A stretch of 64,000 nt of DNA, taken from an uncultured bacterium (GTDB lineage Bacteria; AUK180). The DNA lies in the NCBI GenBank assembly GCA_937863565.1, contig CALMGJ010000020.1:838-64837 (forward strand), in the 5' to 3' direction. Shown here piece by piece: positions 1-8,289 of this stretch. The number at the start of each line of letters is the position of its first letter. Position 1 is the first letter of the stretch. Made by a program: the position numbers and the translations under genes. Below the pieces are notes generated by a model. The model was given only the letters and a program-made list of their open reading frames with translations. It did no database searches and had not been told where the DNA came from.

Positions 1-456
1 ATCCCCCTCGATGAACTCGATAACATATCGCTTCCCGACGAAAAGGAGGGGGAACCGAAAGAGCTTAAACCTTCTGCCGGAATGAAGGATAAAGAACGGT
101 CAAAGGAGGAGATCATACAGAAGTATTTCGAGATCCTTACTGAAGGCAATGAAGATAAAGAAAAAGAATTCATTAAAAGGTACAAAAACGATAAAAAACT
201 CGTCAAGATAATGAAGATCCTGCACTATTATAAACTGGGAAAAGTGAATTTGATCCTGGAGGAGTTCAAGGGACTGGATGTCGCCGCAAACAGTTCATGG
301 ATGCAGAAGATAATCGATGAGATTGAAAGCAAGGGTGCCGATACGGCAGAGAAGATGATGCTCGTTTTCTTCTTCTATGAGGGTATCGGGCAGCACGATA
401 AAGCGGAATTCTATAAAGCAACGCTGTACGACCTGTGGAAGAAGAAAAAACAATAA
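1..456 (+). CDS. hypothetical protein, 5'-partial (frame open to window start; first in-window ATG at 82)
   Basis: ORF 82..456. The same frame has no stop codon back to position 1, so the gene probably starts upstream of the window. Lys/Glu-rich; no recognised domain. Confidence 0.45.
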   Translation: MPLDELDNISLPDEKEGEPKELKPSAGMKDKERSKEEIIQKYFEILTEGNEDKEKEFIKRYKNDKKLVKIMKILHYYKLGKVNLILEEFKGLDVAANSSWMQKIIDEIESKGADTAEKMMLVFFFYEGIGQHDKAEFYKATLYDLWKKKKQ

Positions 457-468
457 AAAGGTACCTTT

Positions 469-1332
469 TTAACTTAAAAACTCATACCATTTCTCCGGAA
501 AACCCATTGAATCAATTTCCGGTTTATATTTCTCTATAAGCACTTTTAGTTTGTTTAACCATTTAATCCAAAAATTATTATCGGGACATAGGTGTTTACA
601 CATCATAATAATTGAGAATATCTTCTGATTATTTATATGCTTCCATTTTTCCTCCTTTTTAGGTTTCATTCCGGTTATAGATAAGAGTCTGTTCCATAAC
701 CTGCTGTGATGAGCACATAAATTTCTTATATATACCAGCGCGTGAAGCCAAGATGTCAATATTGCCTTATCAATCGTATAATTATTTCTTGCGATTTTTT
801 GCTTATCACTACTCTTCAAGAGTTTATATAATATTGATAAATCTCCGAATGACATTGTCTCGATGGCCTTCCATATTGGAAGATACTTTTCATTTTTATG
901 TTTTTTAAAATATTCCTTAACAAATACCTCCCGCGATTTATCTACGGTCTCCTCTAAGCGCTTCATCCACTTCAACGCTAAATCGTTATGAATATAGATG
1001 TTTATATTCGTGTATCCGAATGCACCATATGTGGAAGCAAGATAATAAGCAACTTTCGTTCTAATTGAAATCTCAATTAATTCAATGATATCTAAGAACA
1101 AAAGCCTTAAATTTCTATCGAATTTATATAATCTGAACACATCATCAAATGTTGTTCCTTCAATGAAGATATCCTTCTTTATTTGAAAGGGTATAAAATA
1201 GGCACTCAAACGGTAATAATTCACATTCATTAGAACATGCAGGGCATTTTTTTCATCTTCTACTATTAAACCCCTCTTTTTAAGGAGAAGTATTTGATCT
1301 TCATACGATTTTGCAGACTTAGTGAATTTCAT
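469..1332 (-). CDS. Abi_2 (AbiD/AbiF-like) abortive-infection phage-resistance protein
   Basis: 287-aa ORF. N-terminal region matches the Abi_2 family pattern (..LL..RGL.I.DE..A...L..VNYYRLSAYF.PF). Sits in a ~30% GC islet against ~47% GC elsewhere. Confidence 0.7.
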   Translation of the reverse strand: MKFTKSAKSYEDQILLLKKRGLIVEDEKNALHVLMNVNYYRLSAYFIPFQIKKDIFIEGTTFDDVFRLYKFDRNLRLLFLDIIELIEISIRTKVAYYLASTYGAFGYTNINIYIHNDLALKWMKRLEETVDKSREVFVKEYFKKHKNEKYLPIWKAIETMSFGDLSILYKLLKSSDKQKIARNNYTIDKAILTSWLHALVYIRNLCAHHSRLWNRLLSITGMKPKKEEKWKHINNQKIFSIIMMCKHLCPDNNFWIKWLNKLKVLIEKYKPEIDSMGFPEKWYEFLS

Positions 1333-1341
1333 ATGTCTCAG

Positions 1342-1390
1342 AAAAAAAGAATACCCGCCGGGGTGCGCATCGTTGAGAGGCGTGGCGGGT
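1342..1390 (-). terminator. hairpin (ACCCGCC...GGCGGGT) plus 7-nt T-run on the minus strand, ending 10 nt upstream of the abi ATG
   Basis: Inverted repeat at 1353-1359 / 1384-1390, followed on the minus strand by TTTTTTT (1348-1342). Looks like an intrinsic terminator or attenuator. Confidence 0.35.
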
Positions 1391-1617
1391 ATGTTGGTGT
1401 ATTATAAACAAAAAACAGAAAAATGTCAAATGTTTTTTCGCTCATCTATATTCCTTGTATAACTTTAAGCACTTCCATGCAAAGCAATCGGTCCAAACAA
1501 ATTTCCTTTCATTGTATTTTACTGTATTTTTCCATTTTTATCAAATAATACTTTATATTAAATAGTGTACTGTTATTTCTTGCCATACAAGCATAAATAA
1601 TCTTGATTCAAGAAGCG

Positions 1618-1648
1618 TAAAATGTAAAGACCAGGTACCTTTTCAGGT
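1618..1648. repeat. direct repeat copy A (aatgtaaa..aagaccaggtac.tttt) at the 3' end of the small membrane-protein gene
   Basis: About 24 of 30 positions match copy B at 2067-2098. The two copies bracket ORF 1643..2041. Confidence 0.6.
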
Positions 1649-2041
1649 ACCCTTCTTTCTTAATAGTATCTCTCTCCAGATCAATGCCAATCCGTAACCC
1701 CAAAAGAAGAACGGCGCGGCAATGCTAACGGGAAACAGATCATGAACATAGAACAATGATATTCCGCCTATGGCAACAAGTAACCAGGACAGGATATTGT
1801 TGACAAGTAAGGTTTTAAAAATGAGCTGATTGACCGTAGGGAGTATCAATATAAAAGTAAAAAATGCCGTTTCTTTTGCCGCATAACTGTACATTTTCAA
1901 CCATGATAAGAAGAGAGCGAGCATCAGGCAGAACAAATAGACTATACCGACAAGGACGAGATCCTTGGTCTTTTTCCCGGACATCATCTCTATGAAGGAG
2001 TCATTCTTCAAAATAAAGAATATCCGCTCTTCCTTTTTCAT
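1643..2041 (-). CDS. small multi-pass membrane protein, hypothetical
   Basis: 132 aa with about 4 hydrophobic helices. AT-rich. Flanked by the direct repeats. Confidence 0.45.
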   Translation of the reverse strand: MKKEERIFFILKNDSFIEMMSGKKTKDLVLVGIVYLFCLMLALFLSWLKMYSYAAKETAFFTFILILPTVNQLIFKTLLVNNILSWLLVAIGGISLFYVHDLFPVSIAAPFFFWGYGLALIWREILLRKKGT

Positions 2042-2066
2042 AATATGCTCCCTAACAGCACTCCAT

Positions 2067-2098
2067 CAATGTAAAATATAAAGACCAGGTACTTTTAC
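2067..2098. repeat. direct repeat copy B (caatgtaaaatataaagaccaggtactttt)
   Basis: Matches copy A at 1618-1648. Lies immediately 5' of ORF 1643..2041. Confidence 0.6.
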
Positions 2099-2102
2099 TA
2101 AC

Positions 2103-2199
2103 TCTCAATTCTCAATTGTCAATTCTTCACTTTTCACTGTTCACTCTTCACTGTTCACTGTTCACTTCGTTTCGACCGACTCTCAACTCTCAACTCTTC
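2103..2199. repeat. heptamer tandem-repeat tract: 3x (c/g)tcaatt, 6x t(c/t/g)ttcac, 2x ctcaact
   Basis: Read directly: ctcaattctcaattgtcaatt cttcacttttcactgttcactcttcactgttcactgttcac ... ctcaactctcaact. Lies between the nif3 stop and the start of the small membrane-protein gene. Confidence 0.8.
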
Positions 2200-2951
2200 T
2201 ACAGTCCCGTAGGTATCTCGTAGAATCTGCCTCTGATCCCGAATTTATCCTCGATAAGTTCCTTGAGCTTCAGCAGGCCCTCGCGTTCCGTGCAGTAATG
2301 GCCTCCGAAGAAAAGGTCCATATCGTTCTCCTTGGCATAGTGATAGATATAATGTTTCGCTTCGCCGGTCACGAAAAGATCTATCCCCTCTTTTACCGCA
2401 TCCGTTATCAGGTCTGCGCCTCCACCCGAGATGACGCCTACTTTCCGGATGTTTTTCCCGGATAATTTCATGTAACACCCGGCTTTAAAAAGGGATTTCA
2501 ATTTTTTCTCCGCCTGCGCCGTGCTCATGCCTCTGGGCCATTCCCCCATGAAGCCGATCGTCTGGCCATGGTAATTCCCGAAACCCTTGATGTTCTTGAG
2601 CGAAAGTTTTCTTGCGATCTCTATATTATGGCCCACTTCGGCATTCAGGTCGAGCGGCAGATGAACTCCGTAGAGCGCAAGGCCGCCGTTGAACAGTGTT
2701 TTAAAGCGCTTATAGTTGTATCCCGTGAGCCTGAAAGCCTTCCCCCAGAGGAGACCGTGATGGACGATGATAAAATCATTGCCGTCGGAAGCGGCCTTTT
2801 CAAAAAGCTCCAGGCAGGCATCGACTCCGTAGGCGATCCCGTGCACACGGGCCTCTGTGTCGCCCACCTGCAGACCGTTCTGGGAGTCATCGGAGATCTC
2901 TGCATTTTTTAAGTACCTGTCCAGAAAATCAGCGAGTTTCTTTATCTTCAT
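2199..2951 (-). CDS. Nif3-family dinuclear metal-centre protein (YqfO/YbgI-like)
   Basis: Conserved NGLQVGD...VHHGLLW...HLPLD motifs. Start taken at MKIKK (2951). ATGA overlap with the upstream dppA-like stop. Confidence 0.8.
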   Translation of the reverse strand: MKIKKLADFLDRYLKNAEISDDSQNGLQVGDTEARVHGIAYGVDACLELFEKAASDGNDFIIVHHGLLWGKAFRLTGYNYKRFKTLFNGGLALYGVHLPLDLNAEVGHNIEIARKLSLKNIKGFGNYHGQTIGFMGEWPRGMSTAQAEKKLKSLFKAGCYMKLSGKNIRKVGVISGGGADLITDAVKEGIDLFVTGEAKHYIYHYAKENDMDLFFGGHYCTEREGLLKLKELIEDKFGIRGRFYEIPTGL

Positions 2952-3796
2952 TTTCTCTCCAGTATGTTCCGCGCGGCCATGCAGACATAAACGCATGACA
3001 TCAGCGCATCGTAAAGTTCAAGAGCATCAACCGCTTTGAACATGATGGTCCTCCCTCCCGTTCTTCTGAAACCGGGAATGGATTCGCACATATCGGCCCG
3101 CAGCGTATCAAGGAGCGTCAATTCGAGAATAAAAGGTTTTTTCATCATGAAGGGCTTGACCTTATCAAGGCAGCCGAGACTTTTTTTTGCGGCGCGGAAT
3201 ACAGCACTGCGGACGGCCGCAGGTTCGGCAAGTTTTCCGGCAAACCTCGAAATACCCTTTTTAAGCGACAGGACCTCCGTTCCGAATTCCGAGAAGGTCC
3301 GCGCGCTGTGCTTCTTCAGACCGTCGTCTCCCGTAATAAGGAGCACGGGCACTCCGTAATAACCGGCGAGCAGCGCATTTATCTCGGATTCGCCGCAGAT
3401 ATGTCCGTTCACTTTCGCTTCGAAGATCGCCGATGAAGAATAGGTGTGATCCATGAGGGAATACCCCTCGCCGGCCGGCGCATGATACCCGATAAGGAAA
3501 ACACCGCTATATGTCTTATCGAGGCCATGCATCATATAATATCTCCGCGGGAACCCTCTGATAAGAGCGACGCGGGGACGGGAGAACTCGAAAGGCAGAT
3601 TCTCGCCGAAAGAATGCGAATCGCAGACAAGTATCTCGGTGTAACGGGGAAATCTTTCGGCCACGGCATCTATCACGGCATTTATATCCGCAAGCGCACT
3701 TCTAAGATATTCTTCATTAGTGCGGCCTCCGTCCATTCCCTTCCACGATACGGAGGAACTTACGCCCTCGTAATCGAATGAGATGAAAAATTTCAT
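2948..3796 (-). CDS. dppA: M55-family D-aminopeptidase (DppA-like)
   Basis: 282 aa. N-terminus MKFFISFDYEGV is like B. subtilis DppA (MKLY.S.DMEGI); CDSHS motif. ATGA overlap with the upstream gene. Confidence 0.75.
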   Translation of the reverse strand: MKFFISFDYEGVSSSVSWKGMDGGRTNEEYLRSALADINAVIDAVAERFPRYTEILVCDSHSFGENLPFEFSRPRVALIRGFPRRYYMMHGLDKTYSGVFLIGYHAPAGEGYSLMDHTYSSSAIFEAKVNGHICGESEINALLAGYYGVPVLLITGDDGLKKHSARTFSEFGTEVLSLKKGISRFAGKLAEPAAVRSAVFRAAKKSLGCLDKVKPFMMKKPFILELTLLDTLRADMCESIPGFRRTGGRTIMFKAVDALELYDALMSCVYVCMAARNILERK

Positions 3797-5847
3797 TTTG
3801 CCTCCTTTGAAAGCAGGGCCTTTACTTCCTTGATCTCCTTTATATCCGCAGAAAGCCCGTTGAAATACTCTCTTCCCTCCTTGATCATTCCGAAATAATT
3901 GAAGTATACGGCGATACGCGCATAGATCTTCTCAAGTGTTTCCTTCTTCCCTACTTTTCCGGCAAGTTCAAGATAAAGTTCCAGGCTGTCCTTCGGCCGG
4001 CCTCTTGTGCTGAATAGATATTCAAATACGGGATAGAGTTCGGAATAACCGGGTTTGATGTTAAGATCGTCCTTGATGTCCCGCTCAAGAACATCGAAGA
4101 ACGCGCTCTTCTTCTCAGGCATACCGAGTTCATCATAAAGGCTTACAAGATAATTGTAAACATCCGGGTCCACAGGGTTCTGCCGGAAGTAAGTCTCGAA
4201 CTCTGTCAGCGCTTCCTTCTTCTCCCCTTTTGTAAAATGAACACGACCGCGCAGAAGGTGAAGCTGGACATAATCGGGGGCATGGCTCCCGGCTTTATTG
4301 TAAAATTCCATAGCTTCATCAAGAAGGGCCGGATCCTTTTGAAGCGAGAAGAGGTCCAAACGGAGATTGCCCGAAAAATACAGAGCGATGACGCTCGTGT
4401 ATTTCTTTAAAGAACGCTCGTACAGGGCTCGCGCCTGCTGGAAAGCTTTCATAGCGGAAGTCTCATCCTTTTTGCTTTTCTTCAAAACACCGTACTTCGA
4501 GAACCCTATCGCTTTGGCGAGGTCCCTGTCGGCCGATGTTCGTCTGCTTGAAAGAAAGAAAAAGAATGAAAGGAGCATAATGACGATAAGGGCGGACAGT
4601 GCGGTTATTTTCACTGTTATCCTCGCCTTGAAGCGCTCTTTAATGATCGACATACCTAAGGCAAGTACGAGCTGGAGCAGTATTATCGAGGAGATCCACT
4701 TAAGATTAACGCAGAAGAAATTCCCCGCAAGGAAGCCTGCCAGTCCAGCTCCGAGCGCCGCGATCATCACTTTCCTTCCTCCCCTGATGCCGCTTCTCAG
4801 AAAAAGCGCCAGGAACATGAACAACATGACCAGATACATGCCGAGGCCGAGGAATCCCGAATCGGCCGCCGTCTCCAGATAATCATTGTGCGCATGTATC
4901 GTTTCGGCATTGCTGTGGCCTTCGAACAGAAAGATCCTCTTGCTTTTGTAAGAGGGATAGAATACTCTGAAGTTCCCCGGGCCGACGCCGAAAGGATGGT
5001 CCTTGATGATCTGCATCGTCGAATGCCACGTATAGAGCCTGAACATAGGAGTGCCCGTTCTGATGTCCTTGAGCATCTTGATCCGCGTCCAGTAGTCATG
5101 AGGCACAAGAAGGAGTATCAAAGCGAGCACTGCCGCACCGCCGATCAATACTCTCTTCCCGAGCAGCTTCTCCTTTATCAGGAAAACGGCGAAGAGAACG
5201 AAGAACACGAAAAGCCCGAGGAAAGCGGCGCGTGTTTTCGTAAGGAACATTGCAAATAGATCTGCAGAAAAAACAAGCGCGTGCAGACTTTTACGGAAGA
5301 TGCCGTCAGCGGTAAAGAACCTTCCCGCACTGACAGCAATGACAGGAACGAGGAAACCCGCGAAAAATGTGGAGTTTGCAAAAAATGAAGGTGTTCTCGG
5401 GCTCGGCAGACCGCCGTAAAGATCAAAGATATCGGCACCGTAATAGAGGGCTATTCCGTAGAATGAAGCCGCAAAACCCGATAGTTCGATAGCGTCCAGA
5501 AGAACTTCAGGACTAAACTCCCTCGCGGCAAAATAGAACGCGGCGGAAACGAACATCACCTGAACATATGTGAACGCGAATAACCTGTAAGGGAGTAGCA
5601 GGAACAGAATAATATTCAGTCCGAGAAAGAAGAGCATTATCATATCGGGAAGATACAGTCCGATGCTCCTTTTCCTGAAGAAAACGATGCCGAAGCAAAG
5701 AACGGTGCCCATGAAGAAAACCGTTTCCTTGATCTGATTGATAGTATAAAGGTCCTTTTCAAGAATAAGAAGGGAAAGAACGGCAATTGCAATGAAAATG
5801 ATATTGAAAGCCGGGCTTATGCTTTTTTTCTGAACTTCTCGAGCCAT
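3793..5847 (-). CDS. O-antigen ligase (Wzy_C)-like polytopic membrane protein with C-terminal TPR repeats
   Basis: About 10 TM helices. HAHNDYLETAADSGFLGLG ligase-type motif. C-terminal ~250 aa are TPR-like. Confidence 0.75.
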   Translation of the reverse strand: MAREVQKKSISPAFNIIFIAIAVLSLLILEKDLYTINQIKETVFFMGTVLCFGIVFFRKRSIGLYLPDMIMLFFLGLNIILFLLLPYRLFAFTYVQVMFVSAAFYFAAREFSPEVLLDAIELSGFAASFYGIALYYGADIFDLYGGLPSPRTPSFFANSTFFAGFLVPVIAVSAGRFFTADGIFRKSLHALVFSADLFAMFLTKTRAAFLGLFVFFVLFAVFLIKEKLLGKRVLIGGAAVLALILLLVPHDYWTRIKMLKDIRTGTPMFRLYTWHSTMQIIKDHPFGVGPGNFRVFYPSYKSKRIFLFEGHSNAETIHAHNDYLETAADSGFLGLGMYLVMLFMFLALFLRSGIRGGRKVMIAALGAGLAGFLAGNFFCVNLKWISSIILLQLVLALGMSIIKERFKARITVKITALSALIVIMLLSFFFFLSSRRTSADRDLAKAIGFSKYGVLKKSKKDETSAMKAFQQARALYERSLKKYTSVIALYFSGNLRLDLFSLQKDPALLDEAMEFYNKAGSHAPDYVQLHLLRGRVHFTKGEKKEALTEFETYFRQNPVDPDVYNYLVSLYDELGMPEKKSAFFDVLERDIKDDLNIKPGYSELYPVFEYLFSTRGRPKDSLELYLELAGKVGKKETLEKIYARIAVYFNYFGMIKEGREYFNGLSADIKEIKEVKALLSKEAK

Positions 5848-6641
5848 CTCAGGATCTCATCCTTCTGAGGAGAATAACCTGTGTACTTTATCAGATAAAG
5901 AAAATCGAGTATGTCGAATATCATCTCCTTCCGGTCAATGCTGAACTCTTTTTTCTCAAGCACGCTTTTTATCTCGTCTTTAACGCTGTTCTCGGGGATT
6001 TGATATCTTTCTTTAAGATAATCGTTGAATTCCCCGACGAAATGTTCAAGTACCGTTTCAACGCTATCCTCGGCCTGCGGTTCCCATAAGGCATTGTTCC
6101 TGCCCTGTTCAGGTTCCTTGTGCTCCTCTCCCGGTTTCCTTTTTCTCGAGAGTAAGAATAAAATGAGGAATGACCCGGAAAGCGCAATGAGCAATATGCC
6201 CGGTAAAGAGAATTTCCCCTTGCTCTTCTTAACTGACATTTTCACGGGGTCGGTCCGGATCTCCACGGAGGCATTAGTGGAGGGATCCCGGTAAGGGATG
6301 CTCACTGCAGGGAATATATAATTGCCAGTCTTTAAAGCTTTGAACCGTACCTTGTACGTCGTTACGCTCTGCGTCTGTTCGTTCAGCATCTGAAAACTGT
6401 TCATGCTGGAGAAACCGGATTTCAGCGCCCAATCTAGTTCCGGAAGCTGCGGCGACTGCACCGATACTTCGCGGATGCCCGTTTTCTTTATTTCTATGGT
6501 CAATGTAAAAACATCGCCTACGGAGATCTCCTGCTTATCGATCTCGGATTTCACGTATATCTGGAAAGCCGTTTCCGCGTTAATAGAGCCGGCGGAGATC
6601 ATTATGGTCAATAGAAGGGCAAGACCTGCTTTCATTCTCAT
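5817..6641 (-). CDS. hypothetical secreted/membrane-anchored protein
   Basis: Signal peptide, ~150-aa ectodomain, one TM (ILLIALSGSFLILFLL), ~100-aa cytoplasmic tail. Overlaps both neighbours, so translationally coupled. Confidence 0.5.
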   Translation of the reverse strand: MRMKAGLALLLTIMISAGSINAETAFQIYVKSEIDKQEISVGDVFTLTIEIKKTGIREVSVQSPQLPELDWALKSGFSSMNSFQMLNEQTQSVTTYKVRFKALKTGNYIFPAVSIPYRDPSTNASVEIRTDPVKMSVKKSKGKFSLPGILLIALSGSFLILFLLSRKRKPGEEHKEPEQGRNNALWEPQAEDSVETVLEHFVGEFNDYLKERYQIPENSVKDEIKSVLEKKEFSIDRKEMIFDILDFLYLIKYTGYSPQKDEILRWLEKFRKKA

Positions 6642-7735
6642 TATCTGATCCTCATCATGAAACCGCCCGGGATGTTCTGAGAGGGCGTGTATAAGACCGT
6701 ATCCCCTTCCGAGAGCCCTTCAAGCACTTCAAAGTGAAGAGTATCGCTCTTACCGAGCTTCACTTCCGTTTTTGCCTTTTTACCCTGCATACGGACATAC
6801 GGCCTTCCCTGTTCCCAGAAGACCGCGGCGAGAGGGATTATCAAGACATCCGGCGTTTCAAAAAGCACGATATTGACATTTGCGCTCATCCCCGGTTTGA
6901 TCGCACCGGCGGGATTATCGTTAATGCCTACTTTTACAGTAAACTGATTGAACACGTTCTTGGTCACTGCATTGAGGGAGATGAATATCACCTCGCCGTT
7001 CACTTTCATCTGCGGCATGGCATCAAAAGAGATCTCGCATCTCTGGCCCTGTTTAATGAAGGGTATATCGACCTCATCGACATCGATCATGATCTCGAGT
7101 GTCTTGAGGTCGCCTATATATCCTATGACCGTTCCGGCGGACATATTCTCCATCGCGGATTTTATGAATTCTCCCTCCTCCACCGTTTTCCCGTAGAATG
7201 TTCCGGCAGCGGTCGCCGAAACGGAATAAACGAATTTGCCCGAGAAGGTCCTCTCTTTAACATCTGAAAGGTATTCCATCTCGATCTTCGCGTTCTCGTA
7301 GGCTATTTTCGCGGCAATGTAATTCTTCTCCGTTTCATCGAACTCATTACGGGAGACGAATCCCTTTGGAAGCATGTCCTTGTACGAATCGTATTCATTG
7401 GAGACCGTCTCGAAGTCCTTTTTACTCAATGCATAGTTCTTTTTGATCCCGTTTATTCTTTGTATCTCGCTGATGTCGGGGTAGATGAAGAATATCTCCT
7501 GGCCTTTTTTAACCGACTCCCCTTCGTTCACGACATATCTTGCAAGTTCTCCCGATATCTTCGACATAACCTTAACAACGCTCTTAGGTTGGCATATGCC
7601 GCTTTCCATGACCTTTTTCGAGATCACGCCCTTTTTCACCTGGAACATTCTCTCTTCCGGCGCGGACATCTTTGCCTTTCCTTTTCCGCATGACAAAGCG
7701 AGAAGAAGGATCAAAAAAACAGGGGGTCGTTTCAT
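6641..7735 (-). CDS. efflux-transporter periplasmic adaptor subunit (HlyD/MacA-like membrane fusion protein), lipoprotein
   Basis: Lipobox LALSCG. Biotinyl/lipoyl-like hairpin (ISGELARYVVNEGESVKKGQEIF), coiled-coil segment, beta-barrel domain. No cognate pump gene adjacent. Confidence 0.75.
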   Translation of the reverse strand: MKRPPVFLILLLALSCGKGKAKMSAPEERMFQVKKGVISKKVMESGICQPKSVVKVMSKISGELARYVVNEGESVKKGQEIFFIYPDISEIQRINGIKKNYALSKKDFETVSNEYDSYKDMLPKGFVSRNEFDETEKNYIAAKIAYENAKIEMEYLSDVKERTFSGKFVYSVSATAAGTFYGKTVEEGEFIKSAMENMSAGTVIGYIGDLKTLEIMIDVDEVDIPFIKQGQRCEISFDAMPQMKVNGEVIFISLNAVTKNVFNQFTVKVGINDNPAGAIKPGMSANVNIVLFETPDVLIIPLAAVFWEQGRPYVRMQGKKAKTEVKLGKSDTLHFEVLEGLSEGDTVLYTPSQNIPGGFMMRIR

Positions 7736-7793
7736 TCAAACTCCGTAATGTGTAAATATAACCTTTTTTGAGGAAATTTTCAATACCATCCTT

Positions 7794-8210
7794 TCATTCC
7801 CCAATGATCTTCACCAGGACCCTTTTCCTTCTTTTTCCATCGAACTCGCCGTAGAAGATCTGCTCCCAAGGACCGAGATCAAGAGATCCGCCCGTTATCG
7901 CAATAACGGCTTCCCTGCCCATCACGGTTCGCTTCAGGTGTGCATCGGCATTATCTTCCGCCCTGTTATGCCGGTACTGGGAATATGGTTTCTCGGGAGC
8001 AAGTTTTTCGAGAAATGTCTCAAAATCAGAGAGCAGACCCTGTTCATTGTCATTGATAAAAACGCTTGCGGTTATATGCATGGCATTGACAAGGCAGAGT
8101 CCCTCCGTGATCCCGCTTTGCCGCACGCAATCCTCGATATCCGGCGTAATGTTCACATAATCCCTTCTTTTTGATGTGCAGAACCAAAGTTCCTTCCGGA
8201 AATTTTTCAT
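7794..8210 (-). CDS. yjbQ: YjbQ-family (UPF0047) secondary thiamine-phosphate synthase enzyme
   Basis: 138 aa. The YjbQ fold pattern is conserved over the full length (ITP..E.....G.TEGLC.V...HITA...IN.NE). Confidence 0.8.
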   Translation of the reverse strand: MKNFRKELWFCTSKRRDYVNITPDIEDCVRQSGITEGLCLVNAMHITASVFINDNEQGLLSDFETFLEKLAPEKPYSQYRHNRAEDNADAHLKRTVMGREAVIAITGGSLDLGPWEQIFYGEFDGKRRKRVLVKIIGE

Positions 8211-8289
8211 ATTCCTCCCTTCTCGCGTAAGCTAAAGGAAATGATACAAAAAACTTGAAAAAAAATCAAAAAAACATTAAAATTCCCTT

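Noticed and set aside
2103-2199. Possible CRISPR array
   Set aside because: Repeat units are only 7 nt with no unique spacers, so this is a microsatellite-like heptamer tract and not a CRISPR. No CRISPR-like repeat-spacer structure was seen anywhere in the window.
469-2200. Prophage or integrative element around the Abi gene
   Set aside because: No integrase, recombinase, transposase or phage structural genes in the window. Only the compositional anomaly and the short flanking direct repeats support mobility, so it is called an islet or cassette and not a prophage.
8211-8289. Sigma-54 (-24/-12) promoter upstream of the giant TPR operon or elsewhere
   Set aside because: Manual scan of this and other intergenic regions found no GG-N10-GC element with correct spacing (ttggaattttgcgg near 43440 has the wrong spacing). 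Only a weak sigma-70-like TTGAAA-N17-TAAAAT was seen here. The target of the sigma-54 regulator remains unidentified.
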